A DNA stretch of 63,387 nt, the filler included, from Olpidium bornovanus S191 (Eukaryota; Fungi; Olpidiomycota): the NCBI GenBank assembly GCA_017911155.1. It is 31 parts of 31 records of this genome, joined end to end, with 100 filler letters (N's around TTAATTAATTAA, not from the genome) between each part and the next. Parts side by side here need not be neighbours in the genome. Positions count along the whole stretch, not along the records: positions 47,736 to 49,237 come from JAEFCI010009857.1; positions 49,338 to 50,583 come from JAEFCI010010454.1; positions 50,684 to 53,175 come from JAEFCI010008036.1; positions 53,276 to 55,278 come from JAEFCI010000994.1; positions 55,379 to 57,653 come from JAEFCI010002247.1; positions 57,754 to 59,053 come from JAEFCI010008909.1; positions 59,154 to 61,084 come from JAEFCI010001720.1; positions 61,185 to 63,387 come from JAEFCI010013373.1; 23 more parts are not named here. One strand, written 5' to 3'. Below, in pieces: positions 47,890 to 61,565 of this stretch. A program made the translations under genes and the position numbers. Position 1 is the first letter of the stretch; every line of letters begins with the position of its first letter. Under the pieces are notes generated by a model, which had not been told where the DNA came from, searched no databases, and worked only from the letters and a program-made list of their open reading frames with translations.

Positions 47890-49237
47890 CCCCCGAGAAA
47901 TCAACATATCCGACACCATCCGGACGAAGCTGCTACGGGAAATAATTGAACGTGGTAATCTGCAGCCTTCCGTGTTCGAACCTTGCAAAAATCATGTCGT
48001 GCACCTCATGAGCACGGCCAGCTTCCAAGTACGGCGGTTACCGTCCTTTCTTTTTTGTTGCGTTTGTCATTTGGCATTTTTTGTAAATGAGCCCATGTCG
48101 CTGATTACCGTTTTCCCCTTTTCTTGTGGAACCAACTCTTGTCAGAACTTCCTAAACTCGGTCGCCGCGGACGATGACGACTTCCTTCGGTGCGATTCGT
48201 CGTTGCAGTCCTCAATCTCTAGTTTGCGGCCGATAACCGCCCCGTCTCCCCGTCGTGGGGAGTCCTCGGAAGAGCGACGGCGGAAGCTGCTAACCAATGA
48301 TCGGGATTTGTCGGACTGTTCTTGCGACGACGAAGGCGACGGCTCGGTCGACGACAATTATTTATTGGAACTTGGCAATCCAAGCTCGCCAGAAACGAAG
48401 GAAGTTCACGGGCGGTTCAACAGCTCGCTCCCCACAAGCCAGTTGGTCGCGCCTCCCCCGGTCTCCAGCACGCCCTTGTGCTCGTCGCCATTTCCCTGCT
48501 GGCTCTCTGGCGGGACGTGGCTGTCGCCGTACGAGGTCACTCGCCGTCCTGCGGCGGTGGAAGCGTCGAACAGCTCAAACTCGGTTGATCCGGAACTCGA
48601 ATTTCCCTCGGTGGCTTCGGGTAGGTCGAATCGGCTCGGCGACCCGAGCACCCAGTCTTTGCACGTGAGCACGCGTCGCAGCGCGTCGTTGTCCGTGGCG
48701 CCGTGGATGCTGGAAGACGGAGTCGAGACTCCTAGCAAGCTTTTGGGGAAACAGAAGAAGAAGTCTGCCACGCGTACTCACAGCCAGCCTGCTGACGGCG
48801 ACGCAGACTCGCCAATGGCGTCTCCGTCATCGTCTTGCGAGAAGGTGCAGGGGCTCATCTCCAAGGTCATGGGCATGTTTTCTGGGCACCACCGGCAACC
48901 GAGCAGCAATAACCACCACCACGAGCACCAACAGCAGCAGCAGCTGCACAGGTGCCTGCAAAAATTGCCATCCCCGCTGTTCTCCGAACCGTCGTCGCCG
49001 CCCTCCCCGCTCCTAAGACAATCCGCACTGCTTTCCGCCGCCGACACGGCCGCCGTCGTGGCGGAAATTGAAGACGGCAGAGTTTCCTACCGCAAGTGGC
49101 GCGTTGTTGCCGCCTCCATGTCCCGTACATCAGTAGTTCCCTGCCAAGGGCAGTGCGAGAGGTCCGCCCAGGGGAAAGTCGCATATTCCAGCCACGCCGC
49201 TTCAACCAGAACCAACTCGACGAGGCTGGTTTCACAA
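47890..49237 (+). CDS. RGS-domain protein: C-terminal RGS helices plus Ser-rich tail, partial
   Basis: PREINISDTIRTKLL...SVFEPCKNHVVHLMSTASFQ|NFLNS matches the RGS consensus P.E.NI...R...F..A...V..LM..DS...FL.S. Confidence 0.88.
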
Positions 49238-49605
49238 NNNNNNNNNNNNNNNNNNNNNNNNNNNNNNNNNNNNNNNNNNNNTTAATTAATTAANNNNNNN
49301 NNNNNNNNNNNNNNNNNNNNNNNNNNNNNNNNNNNNNACATGTGTTGCAATTCACTCTGCTCTTCTACCCGTCTTTTCCTTCGTCTCCTTTGTTTGCTGT
49401 TCGCGCCGAAAGGGAGGAAGCCGGATACGCCAGCTCCACCTCTTGGCAAAACCACGTTGATGGTCACGTGACCCTTAGAGCGCACCATACGGTTCACAAC
49501 ATAATGCTTTACCACTATAAATAATGGATTGGTTCTGCCGAGAACGGATCTCCGAAACTTTCCGGCGTCACCGGCGCCAATTCGGATTCGCGGAGCTGTG
49601 AACTT

Positions 49606-50392
49606 TTAAGTGTTGAGTTCCAGGGAGACCTCTCTGACGTCAAAGCCGGTTTCCAGCGCGTTCTCGCGAAGACAGCAGGCTCCTCCCGTCTGCCATGGCG
49701 GTTTTGTCCTTTTACTCTGCCGGATCACGAACAGCCCACCGCGTCCCTCGCCTTTGTCCCGATCAGGAAAGGCTCCGATGTCAAGTCGTTTCTGTATGTT
49801 TTCTGCGTAGCAGGGTCTTCGCGATCCTCCGCCGGGTTTCTGACTGGGGTAGCAATTCACTGTCGGGTCCCCCCCGCACAGAAATGAGGTCCCTAAGCTG
49901 CGTATCCGGCATCTTTTGAACGAGGAAGAAGTGTGTGCGCTTCTCATCTCCGCTATCGACGCCGGCGACGCGCTGGGTTTTGCTGTGCACGCGGCAAAAA
50001 CCCGATTTACCGGCCAGACCTGCCGACGACAAGAAGCTTTCCAAGTAAGTGAGGTAACTTGGGCAAAACGGCGTGGTAGGAGCCATGCTTGTTTCGCGCG
50101 GCTTCGCTTGTTGCGCGGCCGGGATTTTTTCTTCTGTTTCCTTTTTTCTGTTGCTTTTTTTCCCCCCCCGCGCCCCATTGCCCGCACTAAACCTATGCGG
50201 GTTATTCCCGCGCACGTTTTTGTTTTTCACGCGCCCGATCTGGCCGGGGAGCAAGGCCAGCGTCATGACCGCCGACAGGTTCAAGAGGAGTTCACCCGTG
50301 GCGAGATTGTTTGAGGGACGCCGTTGAGCGGCAGACCGGCAACGCCGGCCGGCGTCTTCGTCGGTTGACGCTCTCTCTGTAGGACCCGTCAA
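49606..50392 (-). CDS. Possible exons of an unidentified protein
   Basis: Protein-like blocks NNLATGELLLNLSAVMTLALLPGQIG and KRTHFFLVQKMPDTQLRDLISVRGGPDSELLPQ. No family recognised. Confidence 0.3.
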
Positions 50393-50684
50393 TATCCCGG
50401 ATTGGCACGTCAGATTTGGGCATATCGGCGCATCGGCAATGCAAGATCTTGTCCGTCAGAGCACGGTGCCAGCGAGTGGCCCGCCGTCAGGCTGTGAGAT
50501 ATGTCCCCAGGCCAAGTTGGCTTGCATCCCACCACCCACGGTTCGCGTGCCCCCCACCCGGCCCCTGGCAATCGGACGTCATGNNNNNNNNNNNNNNNNN
50601 NNNNNNNNNNNNNNNNNNNNNNNNNNNTTAATTAATTAANNNNNNNNNNNNNNNNNNNNNNNNNNNNNNNNNNNNNNNNNNNNA

Positions 50685-51713
<1,029 letters not shown>

Positions 51714-51837
51714 CGTGGGCCACTTCCGCCCGTTTTTCTATTTTCTTTTTTTTTCTTCTTGTTTTAGGCTTTCTCTGTCTGCTCTCTCTCTCTGTCTGCT
51801 CTCTGTCTCTGCCTCTGTCTGGTGTGTCTCTCTCTGC

Positions 51838-51868
<31 letters not shown>

Positions 51869-53297
51869 TGCCCTCTCCCGCTTTGTCTATCCCCGACCTG
51901 CCGCTCTCCGCAGGAAGGCCGGGCGCGAAATTGCGGGGGGGTGGGTGGGAGAGGGGGCGCGCGGAGGAGAGTGTGTGTGCGGGGTGTGTGTGTGTGCGGG
52001 GTGCGTGCGTGTGTGTGGGGCGGGCGTGCGAGGGCAGTGCGGGTGAGGGGGGAATTTGGGCGCGGGACAGGGGGAATTTTGCCTCAAAAGCGGAGCGGGC
52101 GCGTTTCTCCCACATCTCACCTCCCTCACTGGCGAGCCAAGTAAAAAAAAAAAAAATTCTTCAATCAACAGAAGAAAGCCAAAATGAAGCACAAAATAAG
52201 CGGGACCGTGTGTTTGCGCGTGCATTGTGCGTGTGCGGCGTGTGTTTCCTCTTGCCAAGCGGCGCGCGTGACGCCCACGTGACTTTGGTCACGGGGTCGC
52301 GCGCCCCGCCGGGGGGTTGGTGGGGAGAGGCGGTGACGCGCGCCCCGCCCCCGGGGGGGTGGGGGGAAGAGGCGGTGACGCGCGCGCGCGACCCCCCCCG
52401 GCGCCCTGCTTTTTTCCTTTTCTTTTGATTTCTTTTTTATTTTTTTTTCCCCGTTTCTTTTTCTTTATAAAAGAAACCCCGACGTCACCTCGTTTTCTGC
52501 GTGCGCGACCTGTTTTTCGTTCCGGCGTCGTAGTCATTCCCGGGACGCGCGATTTTTTATTTTTCGCTCTTTTTTTTGTTATCGCTACTAAATTTTTTTT
52601 TTTAATTTCTCTTGTTACTGGGACCGGTTCCAGCCTAGATGTAAGATACACCGATGTTGCTGTGCCTCAGCAGCAGACATTTAGGGCCCACAGTTGAGAC
52701 CATTTCGAGTGGTTTGCGGATGCACTTTATTTTCATTTTTTTATTTTTTTTTTTTTCCCCCCTGTTTTCCAGCGGAGGCCGCGCGCGCGCCACCCCTTGC
52801 GCGTTCGCGGGAGGGGAAAACAAAAAAATAAAGTAAAACAAAAAAAAAAAAACATTTCCTCTCTCACCACCGCGCCCCCCCCTCCCACCCACCCGCCCCT
52901 CTCCCCGCAGATCGCGTCGCCCCGCCCGACAAGGAAAAAAAAAAAAGCAGGTCCCGACCGAACGAGACCCCGCCGGCCCGGAGGCGAGGAGAGCCGACGC
53001 CACCTGCCCTCCATGGGAAAAGGCCCGCCGTCTACTCCGTCGGACACCCGCGGCCGTCGCCGCAGCGCCGGCACAAGCACGCGCGGACAACGGGGCGAGG
53101 TGCGTGCGCACGGCAAACCCCCCCCCCCCCCTTCCCCCCCCCCCCCCCCCCCCCCCCCCAGGGGACCCCCCCCCTNNNNNNNNNNNNNNNNNNNNNNNNN
53201 NNNNNNNNNNNNNNNNNNNTTAATTAATTAANNNNNNNNNNNNNNNNNNNNNNNNNNNNNNNNNNNNNNNNNNNNCTATGCGGCAGTAGCTTACAAA

Positions 53298-54602
53298 ATC
53301 GTCGGATCTCTGACCTCTGCCCAAATCTTCGGTGAGAATGTGTGGCGAATGGTCCCGAGCAGGTTACCATTCCCTATGCCGTTCCGTGAGATCATGTGCC
53401 CCATAACCGTTGCGGAGGTCGTTGGGGTTATCGGAGTCTGTGCAATGACAACTTTAGCGTCCTCCGGCAAGACTTTCATTGCGCAGGTTGGCAACAGCAT
53501 CGCGTCACACTCACATCCCACGAGTGCTTGAGGGTGAACTGTCTCAACTCTGCCTGTGACACTCTATCCCATGTCCCGACGTGCTCATCTCCGGAGGAGT
53601 ACGGGTTCACAACCTGAGTCAAGTCGACGTCGAGCTGCATAGTTGCCTTGTTACGAGAAACTCACGTTTGTCAGCATTGCGTCAAGGCGTACCCGGGTTC
53701 ACAACACAACCGTGGTCCGCAAAGATCGTACTTTGCTCTTGACGAGGTTCTCCAGGTCTTGCTCACGCTTAAGGTGCGCGCGGCGTTCATATTCTTCTCG
53801 TATCTGCGCAACCGGGGATCCCCGCCAAAACAGGTGAAAGCCGACGAATAAAAATCGTGGCTGCACGCGCGGCTGTCAACCCCGGCGTGCCGCAACAGTC
53901 CAAGGGCAAAGACGCACTTCCTCCGACGTCTTTAGCAGCGGCCCAACTTCCCAGGAGGTCTTCAGACCCTCCTCGCCGTACAGGTCGTACGCGGTTCTTC
54001 TTGTGGGGTTAGAGAGGACTGTAGAGCGACAATGATGTCAACGGCGGCCTGGGCCGGGAAGAACGAAGCACCCCAAATGTCAACCGGCCGTTCGCCCTGC
54101 GCACCTTCATAAGCCCGCTGAATGATTTGGAACTTCCGCTCGGCAGCCTTTTTGTCGTCGGGGTCCACGTGTTTGTCCGGGTGGAACGTCCTGCACAGCC
54201 GCTTATACGACTCCTTAATTTCGTCTTCGGTGGCCTGGAATGCGGAGCGACAGCATGCGCGGGAGGTCCAAGACCGGGGATGCAACACGCGGGAAGGCAC
54301 AGGCAACGCGTCAGCCACCCGGCCGTGCTGCGCCCTGCTCCGCACACGCGCGCCCTTCGCAGCGGAGCGGGCTTCCGCACCGTCTTGCCCACGTTCAGCA
54401 CGGCGTAGTAGTTGACAGCCGCGCTGCTGAGGTCGCGCTCAAGCGTCTCGGCTGTCTCCTGCTCGTCCTCCAAGTTCCCGTCGGTTTCGCCTGCGGCGAA
54501 GAAGAACGGGGTACGCGATGGGCCGTGCGCGTTGCCCACGGCTTCCGCCGCATCCGCATACAGGCGAGAGGCGGCGGCGTCGTCGTCATGCGCGCCGGTC
54601 AT
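53298..54602 (-). CDS. DNAJC11: DnaJ protein of the DNAJC11 family, multi-exon, 3'-truncated
   Basis: NYYAVLNVGKT|ATEDEIKESYKRLCRTFHPDKH...KFQIIQRAYE|VLSNPTRRTAYDLYGEEGLKTSWEVG...|IREEYERR...LVKSK|...HMISRNGIGNGNLLGTIRHTFSP: a J-domain followed by the DNAJC11-specific extension. Confidence 0.9.
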
Positions 54603-56103
54603 TTTCGTCCAAGGGCAGTTTTTCAGCGTTTCCGGCGTTGGTTGCGCTGGGCCGCGGGGGCCATTTTTCTTTTGAAGGGGCTTCTAAATTGGCCCAGGGC
54701 GCCCTTAGTGGCGACCCCGCCCCGCGCCCCGCCCCCGCCCCGACCCGGCCCGCCGCTTCGCCTCTGGCGTGTTCGAACTCCTCCTCGTTCAGCAGCCACT
54801 CCTCCTCGCGCGGCTGCCACGGCGAGCCATGCCTTCCATACCGTTTTTTGAAGGCGGGGAGGTCGGCACATGTGCAACTAATGCTTGCTAACTTTTTGTG
54901 GGTCAGAAGTTTGATGAGATCTGCTTTGTTCTATGCAACCGAGATAATCAAAAACTCTGTCTGTGCGATCCACGCAGGGTGAAGTACGCAGGGTGAAGTC
55001 CTCTAAACAAAAACAGCATCAGCATGCCGCACATAGAAAAGCATTTGTTAGATGTGCGGGCCGGTGGGATTAGGGTTGGATCCATGTCGCAACTTTTGGA
55101 AGCGTCATGTCGAGCTAGGTTTCCGGCGTGATTCGTGAACATAGCGCGGTTGAATTCTCATGAGAACACCTGTCCACAGACTGAGGAGAATCGAGGACAA
55201 TGTCCCACGTTGCGAAAGAGACTTTGACGTACCGCTTTTGACCTTGGTTGAGTCGTCTCTGTGGATTGCGAATCGCTANNNNNNNNNNNNNNNNNNNNNN
55301 NNNNNNNNNNNNNNNNNNNNNNTTAATTAATTAANNNNNNNNNNNNNNNNNNNNNNNNNNNNNNNNNNNNNNNNNNNNCAATGCCCCCATCCCCCCACCC
55401 CCCTCTCCCTTCCCTTCATCTTCCCGTGCCGCGCATGATTCACCGCCACCACGTGCTAATCCAAACAAAAAGAAAAAGGGAAAAAAAAAAAAAAAAACAC
55501 AGGTGCATGTATCACAGGGAGACCCGCCGCCCGGGAAGGGGGGAGGAGGGGGGGGGCCGGGAGGGTGTCAAACCGCGCGCGCCCCGTAGCAGCCGGGCGA
55601 GGAGGGCGAGGGGGGGCGCCGTGCCACCGCGCGAGGTCGAGGGAGGAGGAAGCGCCGCGGCGCGGGACCGCGCGCGGCGCCCAGGGCAAAGAGCTTTTAC
55701 AGGCCTCCGTCATGCGAGGGCGGACGGAGACGGCCGGAAACGCATTGTTTTCCTCCCCTCCCCGAGCAACAACAACCCCCCCCCCCCCCCCCTCGCCCGC
55801 CTGCCCGCGGGCGCAGGAGCGCGTTGCCGCGGGAAGAAAGGGGTGGGGGTTGTGGGGAAAACGGGCGTGTATAGTCTGAGACGCGCGAGTTCGGCCCCCC
55901 ACCCCTCCACCACACCCCTTTCCCGCGCACTAAAGGCAGCGCGCGCCCCCTCCGCGATCCGACTGCGGCGAATTCCTTTTAAAACCCCAGAAAATTGTAA
56001 ACCGGACCCGCCGCCGCGTTTTCCCGTCCGGGTGGGGGTTGCCCTCCTTTTGCCGGTTGCGCGCCCCGGAGAGAGGGGGAGGGGGGGGGTGGTGGTGGTC
56101 TTT

Positions 56104-56246
56104 GGGCGCGGTTCCTCAAAAGTGATTCATATGCAGTGTTTGAACCATTTAACCAAAGTGGTAATGGGATTGTAGGGCGCGGTTCCTCAATAGTGATGCA
56201 TATGCAGTGCTTGAAGCATTTAACCAAAGTGGTAATAAGATTGCAT
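56104..56246. repeat. Two tandem 71-bp AT-rich copies
   Basis: GGGCGCGGTTCCTCAA.AGTGAT.CATATGCAGTG.TTGAA.CATTTAACCAAAGTGGTAAT..GATTG.A at 56104 and 56175. Confidence 0.92.
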
Positions 56247-57548
56247 TTTACACTGCATTTGACCCTGTTCAAAGACGAGGAGGGCGGAGGGGGGAGGGAA
56301 GCGGGCCGTTTCGGCCGCGGGTTTGTGGTTTTCAAACACCCCCCCCCCCCCCGGGCGCTTCGGATTCCGCTTTCCAACGTTGCTCCCCCCCGGCCTGGCC
56401 GCAGGCCTGTTCCGAACCCGACGCAATGCGCGCCGGTCGTCGCGCGGCGTCGGGCGGGGCGCTTGCAGGACCTCAAAAACTCCGCGCGAAACCTTGTAAC
56501 AGAACCGAGTACTGGTAAAATCCCCACCACCCCCCCCCCGGCCGCCCGCCCCGCCCCTCCTGCGCGGCAGGCCCCCGCGGGCGCCGTTTGGGCTCGCCTT
56601 GCTCCTTGCGACTTCCGCGCGCGCGCGCGGGAGAGCTGGGGGGGGGGTGGGGTGGGGTGGGTTGGGGAAGCGCGGGTGCGGAGGTGCCGCGCTCGGCCGA
56701 GCCACAACAACAACAACACCACCACCACCCCCTGGCCCCGCTCCGAACCCGCCCGAAACTCCCGCCAGCTCAAAACAGAGAGGGTTTCGGGGGAGAGTGG
56801 CCAAACTTTGGGTTTTTTTTTGCGCCCCGGTGGCGGCTGCGGAAAGGAGGAGGGGGGTCTCCGGCCCCCTTTTACCCTTGCGACCACAAAAAAAAAAAAA
56901 AAAATCTTTCCTCGGCAAGTTCGGAAGCGGAACGCCCGCGCGCCAACAAAAATTCCCACGTTCCGCGCGGCAGCCGCGCGGATTTTGAAATGCGAAAGTT
57001 GTGTGTACAGGGTTGGCGTTCCAGATCACACATTGCCTCTTCCGAAGTTCTTCCGTGTAATATAGCTGATAATGGCTTGCATCTGGCCAATAATAATAAT
57101 ACTAACATTGCATAAATATCATGTTGTCACACAACCCTACATGGAGACGCAAAACACCTCCGTGTCGGCGAATGCGCGGCGTCCGGTGTCGAAAACATCC
57201 GACGCATCTCAAAATACCACAAACCTGCTAACAGAAGAGTCTCATGCGCGTACACTTCGAGTTGAACGCGTCCTCTTTCGCGTCGCGAGGGGGAGTGCCA
57301 CTTCCGTCGGCATCGCTCCTGAACTATGGTGCGACAAGCTTAGACTCACCACTTGTTTCAAATTTTGGGAAAAATTGTTTATCAAAAATGATCTTTTTGG
57401 AAAATCAATTAAAAAAAAATCAAAGACTCGCCACCTATGTGTGCCTGATGGGTATATCAAGGGTGAGCCCCCCCCCTCATCCCCCCAGACAAATTCCCCC
57501 CAAAGCCCACATCACTTACAGAGAACCAGACAGCACACAACAGCCACC

Positions 57549-57653
57549 ATGCCCAGAGTAAAGAAGCATACAGCTGCCAGGCAACTCAATGCTGCTATGG
57601 CTCGACAGTCAAGGGCAGATCAGCGTCCTGAAGCCAACGAACAGACTCAGGAG
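57549..57653 (+). CDS. Start of an ORF (MPRVKKHTAARQLNAAMARQSRA...) in AT-rich DNA; possibly the 5' end of a DNA transposon
   Basis: GCCACCATG context, basic N-terminus, and composition unlike the host GC-rich genes. Cut by the spacer. Confidence 0.3.
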
Positions 57654-57753
57654 NNNNNNNNNNNNNNNNNNNNNNNNNNNNNNNNNNNNNNNNNNNNTTA
57701 ATTAATTAANNNNNNNNNNNNNNNNNNNNNNNNNNNNNNNNNNNNNNNNNNNN

Positions 57754-59053
57754 ACCGCATTTCTCCAGCACTGTGGCAGCCGAGTGCACCAGGTCCACGC
57801 GCTTCTGTTCCAGATACGGGTCTTCGCTCTGGTCGTCGTTGCTCACACCGTAGAGCGGACCGTTGCGGAGCATGCGCACGTACAAGTACGTGTAGCCAAG
57901 CCACTGTACAGCCTCGTCCCGGCCGCGAATGCTGCCGAGCACAGTCTCAGCGTTGAGGTTGTCCGCCAGGCGCGATATGAACTGCGACTCGATGGGAAGT
58001 TGAGTGTTTAGCAGGGACAGGTAGTACTGCAACTCCTGGTGTACCGTGATGATGATGCCCTCGCCGAAAGTATCGAACTGCGGACGGCCTGCACGACCGA
58101 GCATCTGAAGCACATCCTGGGGCGACAGCTCAACCCACCGGCCCTTCTCCGGAGAGTACATCTGCGTCCCTTTAATGATGACAGTATGCGCCGGCAGGTT
58201 GACACCCCACGCCAGGGTAGCGGTAGAAACGAGGACCTGCACGTGGCCGTCGGCAAACAACTCCTCTACAAGCGTGCGGTCCGCACGCGACATGCCGGCA
58301 TGGTGGCAGGCAAAGCCGTACGGCAGCAGATCCTTGAGATTCGCGTCCTTGCACGTCGACGCTTCGGTCTGCAGAATCTCTTGCGAGGCCGAGTCACCCT
58401 GAAGAAACTGTCCCATCGCGTCCTTTTCCATGGCAGTATCCCGCAAGTATTTGGCCGTCTTCGCCGCTTCCTTCCGCGAGTGGACAAATACTAAGACTTG
58501 GTTCTTTCCCGCCTGGTCCATGACCTTTTTATAGCAAACCTGTAGGCCGGAAAAAACAATTTGTGCGACAGATGGGTCCCCGAACGAGGCACTGAGATGA
58601 GGGGCAATCCACGCGTCGCAACGCCTGGAAGCGCGCAGGGTGATTCCAGGCGGGTAAACCAGGTTGTGGATTTCTCACCTCATTCATAACCTGGAAGCGT
58701 TTGATCGCTTTCTTCTCAGTGATCCCAACAAACTCCTGCTTGAGCGGACAAGGCCTGTACGAGCTGTCAAAATGGAACAAACCCTTGTTTGGGTCGACCC
58801 TCAGGAACGTCGCGACGTCATTGTAGTTGGGGAGCGTCGCCGAAAGGCCGACGATGCGAACAGCCTCCTGGGTCTCCTCCATGTTGCGTATGGTTCGCGA
58901 CACGATGCTCTCTAGGACGGGCCCGCGGTCGTCATGGAGGAGGTGGATTTCATCGATGATCAAGAGGCGGACCAGCGAGGTGTACGAGCGGTCGGCTGCT
59001 TTGCGCGTGATCACGTCCCATTTCTCCGGGGTCGTGACGATTACCTGAGTCTC
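57754..59053 (-). CDS. BRR2: U5 snRNP 200-kDa Ski2-like helicase, internal fragment
   Basis: [13 protein letters not shown]...[25 protein letters not shown]...[10 protein letters not shown]...[11 protein letters not shown]...[14 protein letters not shown]...[32 protein letters not shown]...[12 protein letters not shown]. Confidence 0.98.
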
Positions 59054-59156
59054 NNNNNNNNNNNNNNNNNNNNNNNNNNNNNNNNNNNNNNNNNNNNTTA
59101 ATTAATTAANNNNNNNNNNNNNNNNNNNNNNNNNNNNNNNNNNNNNNNNNNNNAAA

Positions 59157-59191
<35 letters not shown>

Positions 59192-59207
59192 CTTTGCCTC
59201 CCTGCGC

Positions 59208-61084
59208 TTGCCCCCCGGGCCGCTGCGCGGGCTGCCCCCCCCCCGTCCCGCGGCCCGCTGCTGCTCCCGTTCTTCGCCGCACCGCGCGCCCGCAGATTCG
59301 AGTCATCCCTGCCTGGTCGTCATCGTCAACGAGCAGCTGGATGCCTGGAGCGCCGACCCGACCCCTGTGTCGACGCCCCCGGCGTCGCCCGCGCTGTCGG
59401 CCTGCGCGCGTTTTGCCTGCGCGGAAGCTTCCGAAGACGGCGGCGCCTGCGCCCGGGAGCGCCGCGACTCGTCCTCCGGAGGCGTCCCACTGGCGCAGAT
59501 ACTCAGCGAGCGCCTGAGCGAGCTGGACCTCGCGGAGGCGGCCGACGCCCGTTCCGGCTTCTCCGGCGCCGCCGGCGGGGCCGCGCTCGACGGCCCGACC
59601 GGCGGCGGAGAACCCGACGAAGGCCGGCAGCAGGACTGCTCGGACGACGACGACTGCCGCTGCCGCGACGACGAGGAGGACGGCGCCCGCGAGCGGAACG
59701 ACGCGGACCGGCGCTTCGCCTCGCGCGACGGCTTTATTTCCCCGGACTTGCCGCTCCCGGCCGTCGGAGCGACGCCGCCGCCCCCGGTGGACTTGCAGCG
59801 CCAACCGGCCGGATACGAACCCGTCGCGAAGCGCCCGAAATTCGAGTTCTGCGCGGACTGCCCGGGGAAAACGCCTGCGCCGCCCGTTTCGCCGTCGCCG
59901 GCCGAGGCGGCTCCGCCGCCGCCGCACGCCAGGGCGGGTTACCGGCCGGCCCGGTCCAGGCGGCAGTCGCGCAAGGCGTACACGACGATTTACGCCGACG
60001 ACGGCCAGGCGGTAAGGATTGCCCGGTGCAGGAGGAGCGACAGAGGGCGGTGGTCCGCCGGAGAACCCGGCGCGCAGCAGTGCGCCACCCCCACTCCTGG
60101 CGAGCCGGTCGCGGCCGCCGCCGCCGAGAACGCGGGCGCGAGCGGAGAGCCTCCACCCTCCCTCCTTCCCGGTTCGTCGGGCGGTTGTCGCGCAGACGCC
60201 GGTTCGTCCGCCCACGCGGCGTCTCCGGCGGCAGCCGGAAGTACCAAGTGAGGGCGTTCGTTTTTTTTTTTTGTTCCGGACGCCCCCCCCTCCCCACTCA
60301 CCCCCCGTGTTCCCTCCGGTGGCTGACATCCCGTACGGTTTCGGTCCGCCACCCTCACCGTCGCCGACATTCTTACGCTTCGTCTGCCCCTGCCCCTTGC
60401 TCCCCCCAGATCGATCAAGGTGACTCTTCTCACGGATGTGGACTTTTTTAACACGATCCTCACGGCGATCGCGCGGCTGGGCGAGTTCCAGGACGACATT
60501 AAGACGGCGTACGACCAGCGCATCTGGCGGATAGCCGGCCTGGTCGCGGCGGCAGCGACGCCCGCGCCGCAGCAGGGGTGGCGGCGCGGGTCGCCCTTCG
60601 GGTTCGGCGGCGGCGGCGCCGGCGGCCGGGCGGAGTGCTCGGACATGTACGCGTGGCGCGAGATAATGGCCACCTTCGCCGAGGAAGAGATCTGGTTCGA
60701 CGGGAGCGGCGTCGTCGTTCGCTGCGACACCGCCGCCAAGCTCGAGAAGTGTCGCTCCCGCTTTGGCCGGTGGGAGCGCCTGGCGTCCGAGCGCTGCCTG
60801 CCCAAGTTCAAGCTCCAGAAGAGCAAGGTCGCGTTTGCCGATTTCTTGAAGGTCCGACGGGGCGGCCTTTTTTTTTTTTTTTTTTTTTTTTTTTGTGCGC
60901 CCCGTCTCGCGTCAGTTTCTAGACGGCGCCGTTTTGAAGCCGACGTTTTGCCGTTTTTTCGTTATTCTTTGTTCTTTCCGGCAGCTAAACCGCGAGCTCC
61001 TGGCGGTGAAGCAATTCCGGGAGCTGAACAAAATGGCCATTGCCAAAATCCTGAAGAAGCACGACAAGCGGACAAGACTCATGT
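59208..61084 (+). CDS. SPX-domain protein (fungal SPX-RING type), partial
   Basis: SIKVTLLTDVDFFNTI...DMYAWREIM...KFKLQKSKVAFADFLK|LNRELLAVKQFRELNKMAIAKILKKHDKRT. The ending N..A..KILKK.DK is the SPX lysine cluster; the D.Y.WREI stretch is typical of fungal SPX-RING proteins. The RING is not captured and the start is uncertain. Confidence 0.78.
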
Positions 61085-61565
61085 NNNNNNNNNNNNNNNN
61101 NNNNNNNNNNNNNNNNNNNNNNNNNNNNTTAATTAATTAANNNNNNNNNNNNNNNNNNNNNNNNNNNNNNNNNNNNNNNNNNNNGACATGGATTTGGAAG
61201 GAAACTGGGCATTGGCGCGCGGTTATGCAAGCAAGGTTGATCCTTGAGGCGTGTTGTCTTCCCGGCGCCGGCGATTAGCTGAGCTGGGGCCTCTTTTTCC
61301 GCGTCCGCAAAAAAAAAAAGCCCGCCCTTGACTGGGTATGTCACGTGACCCGACAGGGTTCTGGCCAGGGGCCAAAACAGTCGGATGCTTCGCGGCCTCC
61401 CACTCCCCCCGACCCCCCCCCCCCCCCCCGCCCCCCCCCCCCCCCCGGCCCCCCCCGTCTCGTTCCCCCCCCTCCCCTTTCCGCCCTCTTCCACCTCGAG
61501 TCCTTTTGTTTACCCTCGCCGTTTCAACCTCCGGCACGCATTTTTTTTTTTTTCTTTTTTGCGCA

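Noticed and set aside
44431-49237. Apparent signalling cluster (GPCR near RGS, with MAPK and the TmcB-like gene earlier in the window)
   Set aside because: Each gene is on a different contig joined by artificial spacers, so proximity carries no information.
56200-56240. Possible SECIS (TTGA...AAA...GA)
   Set aside because: The core is not AUGA/GUGA, helix II is too short and unpaired, and no in-frame-UGA selenoprotein is seen nearby.
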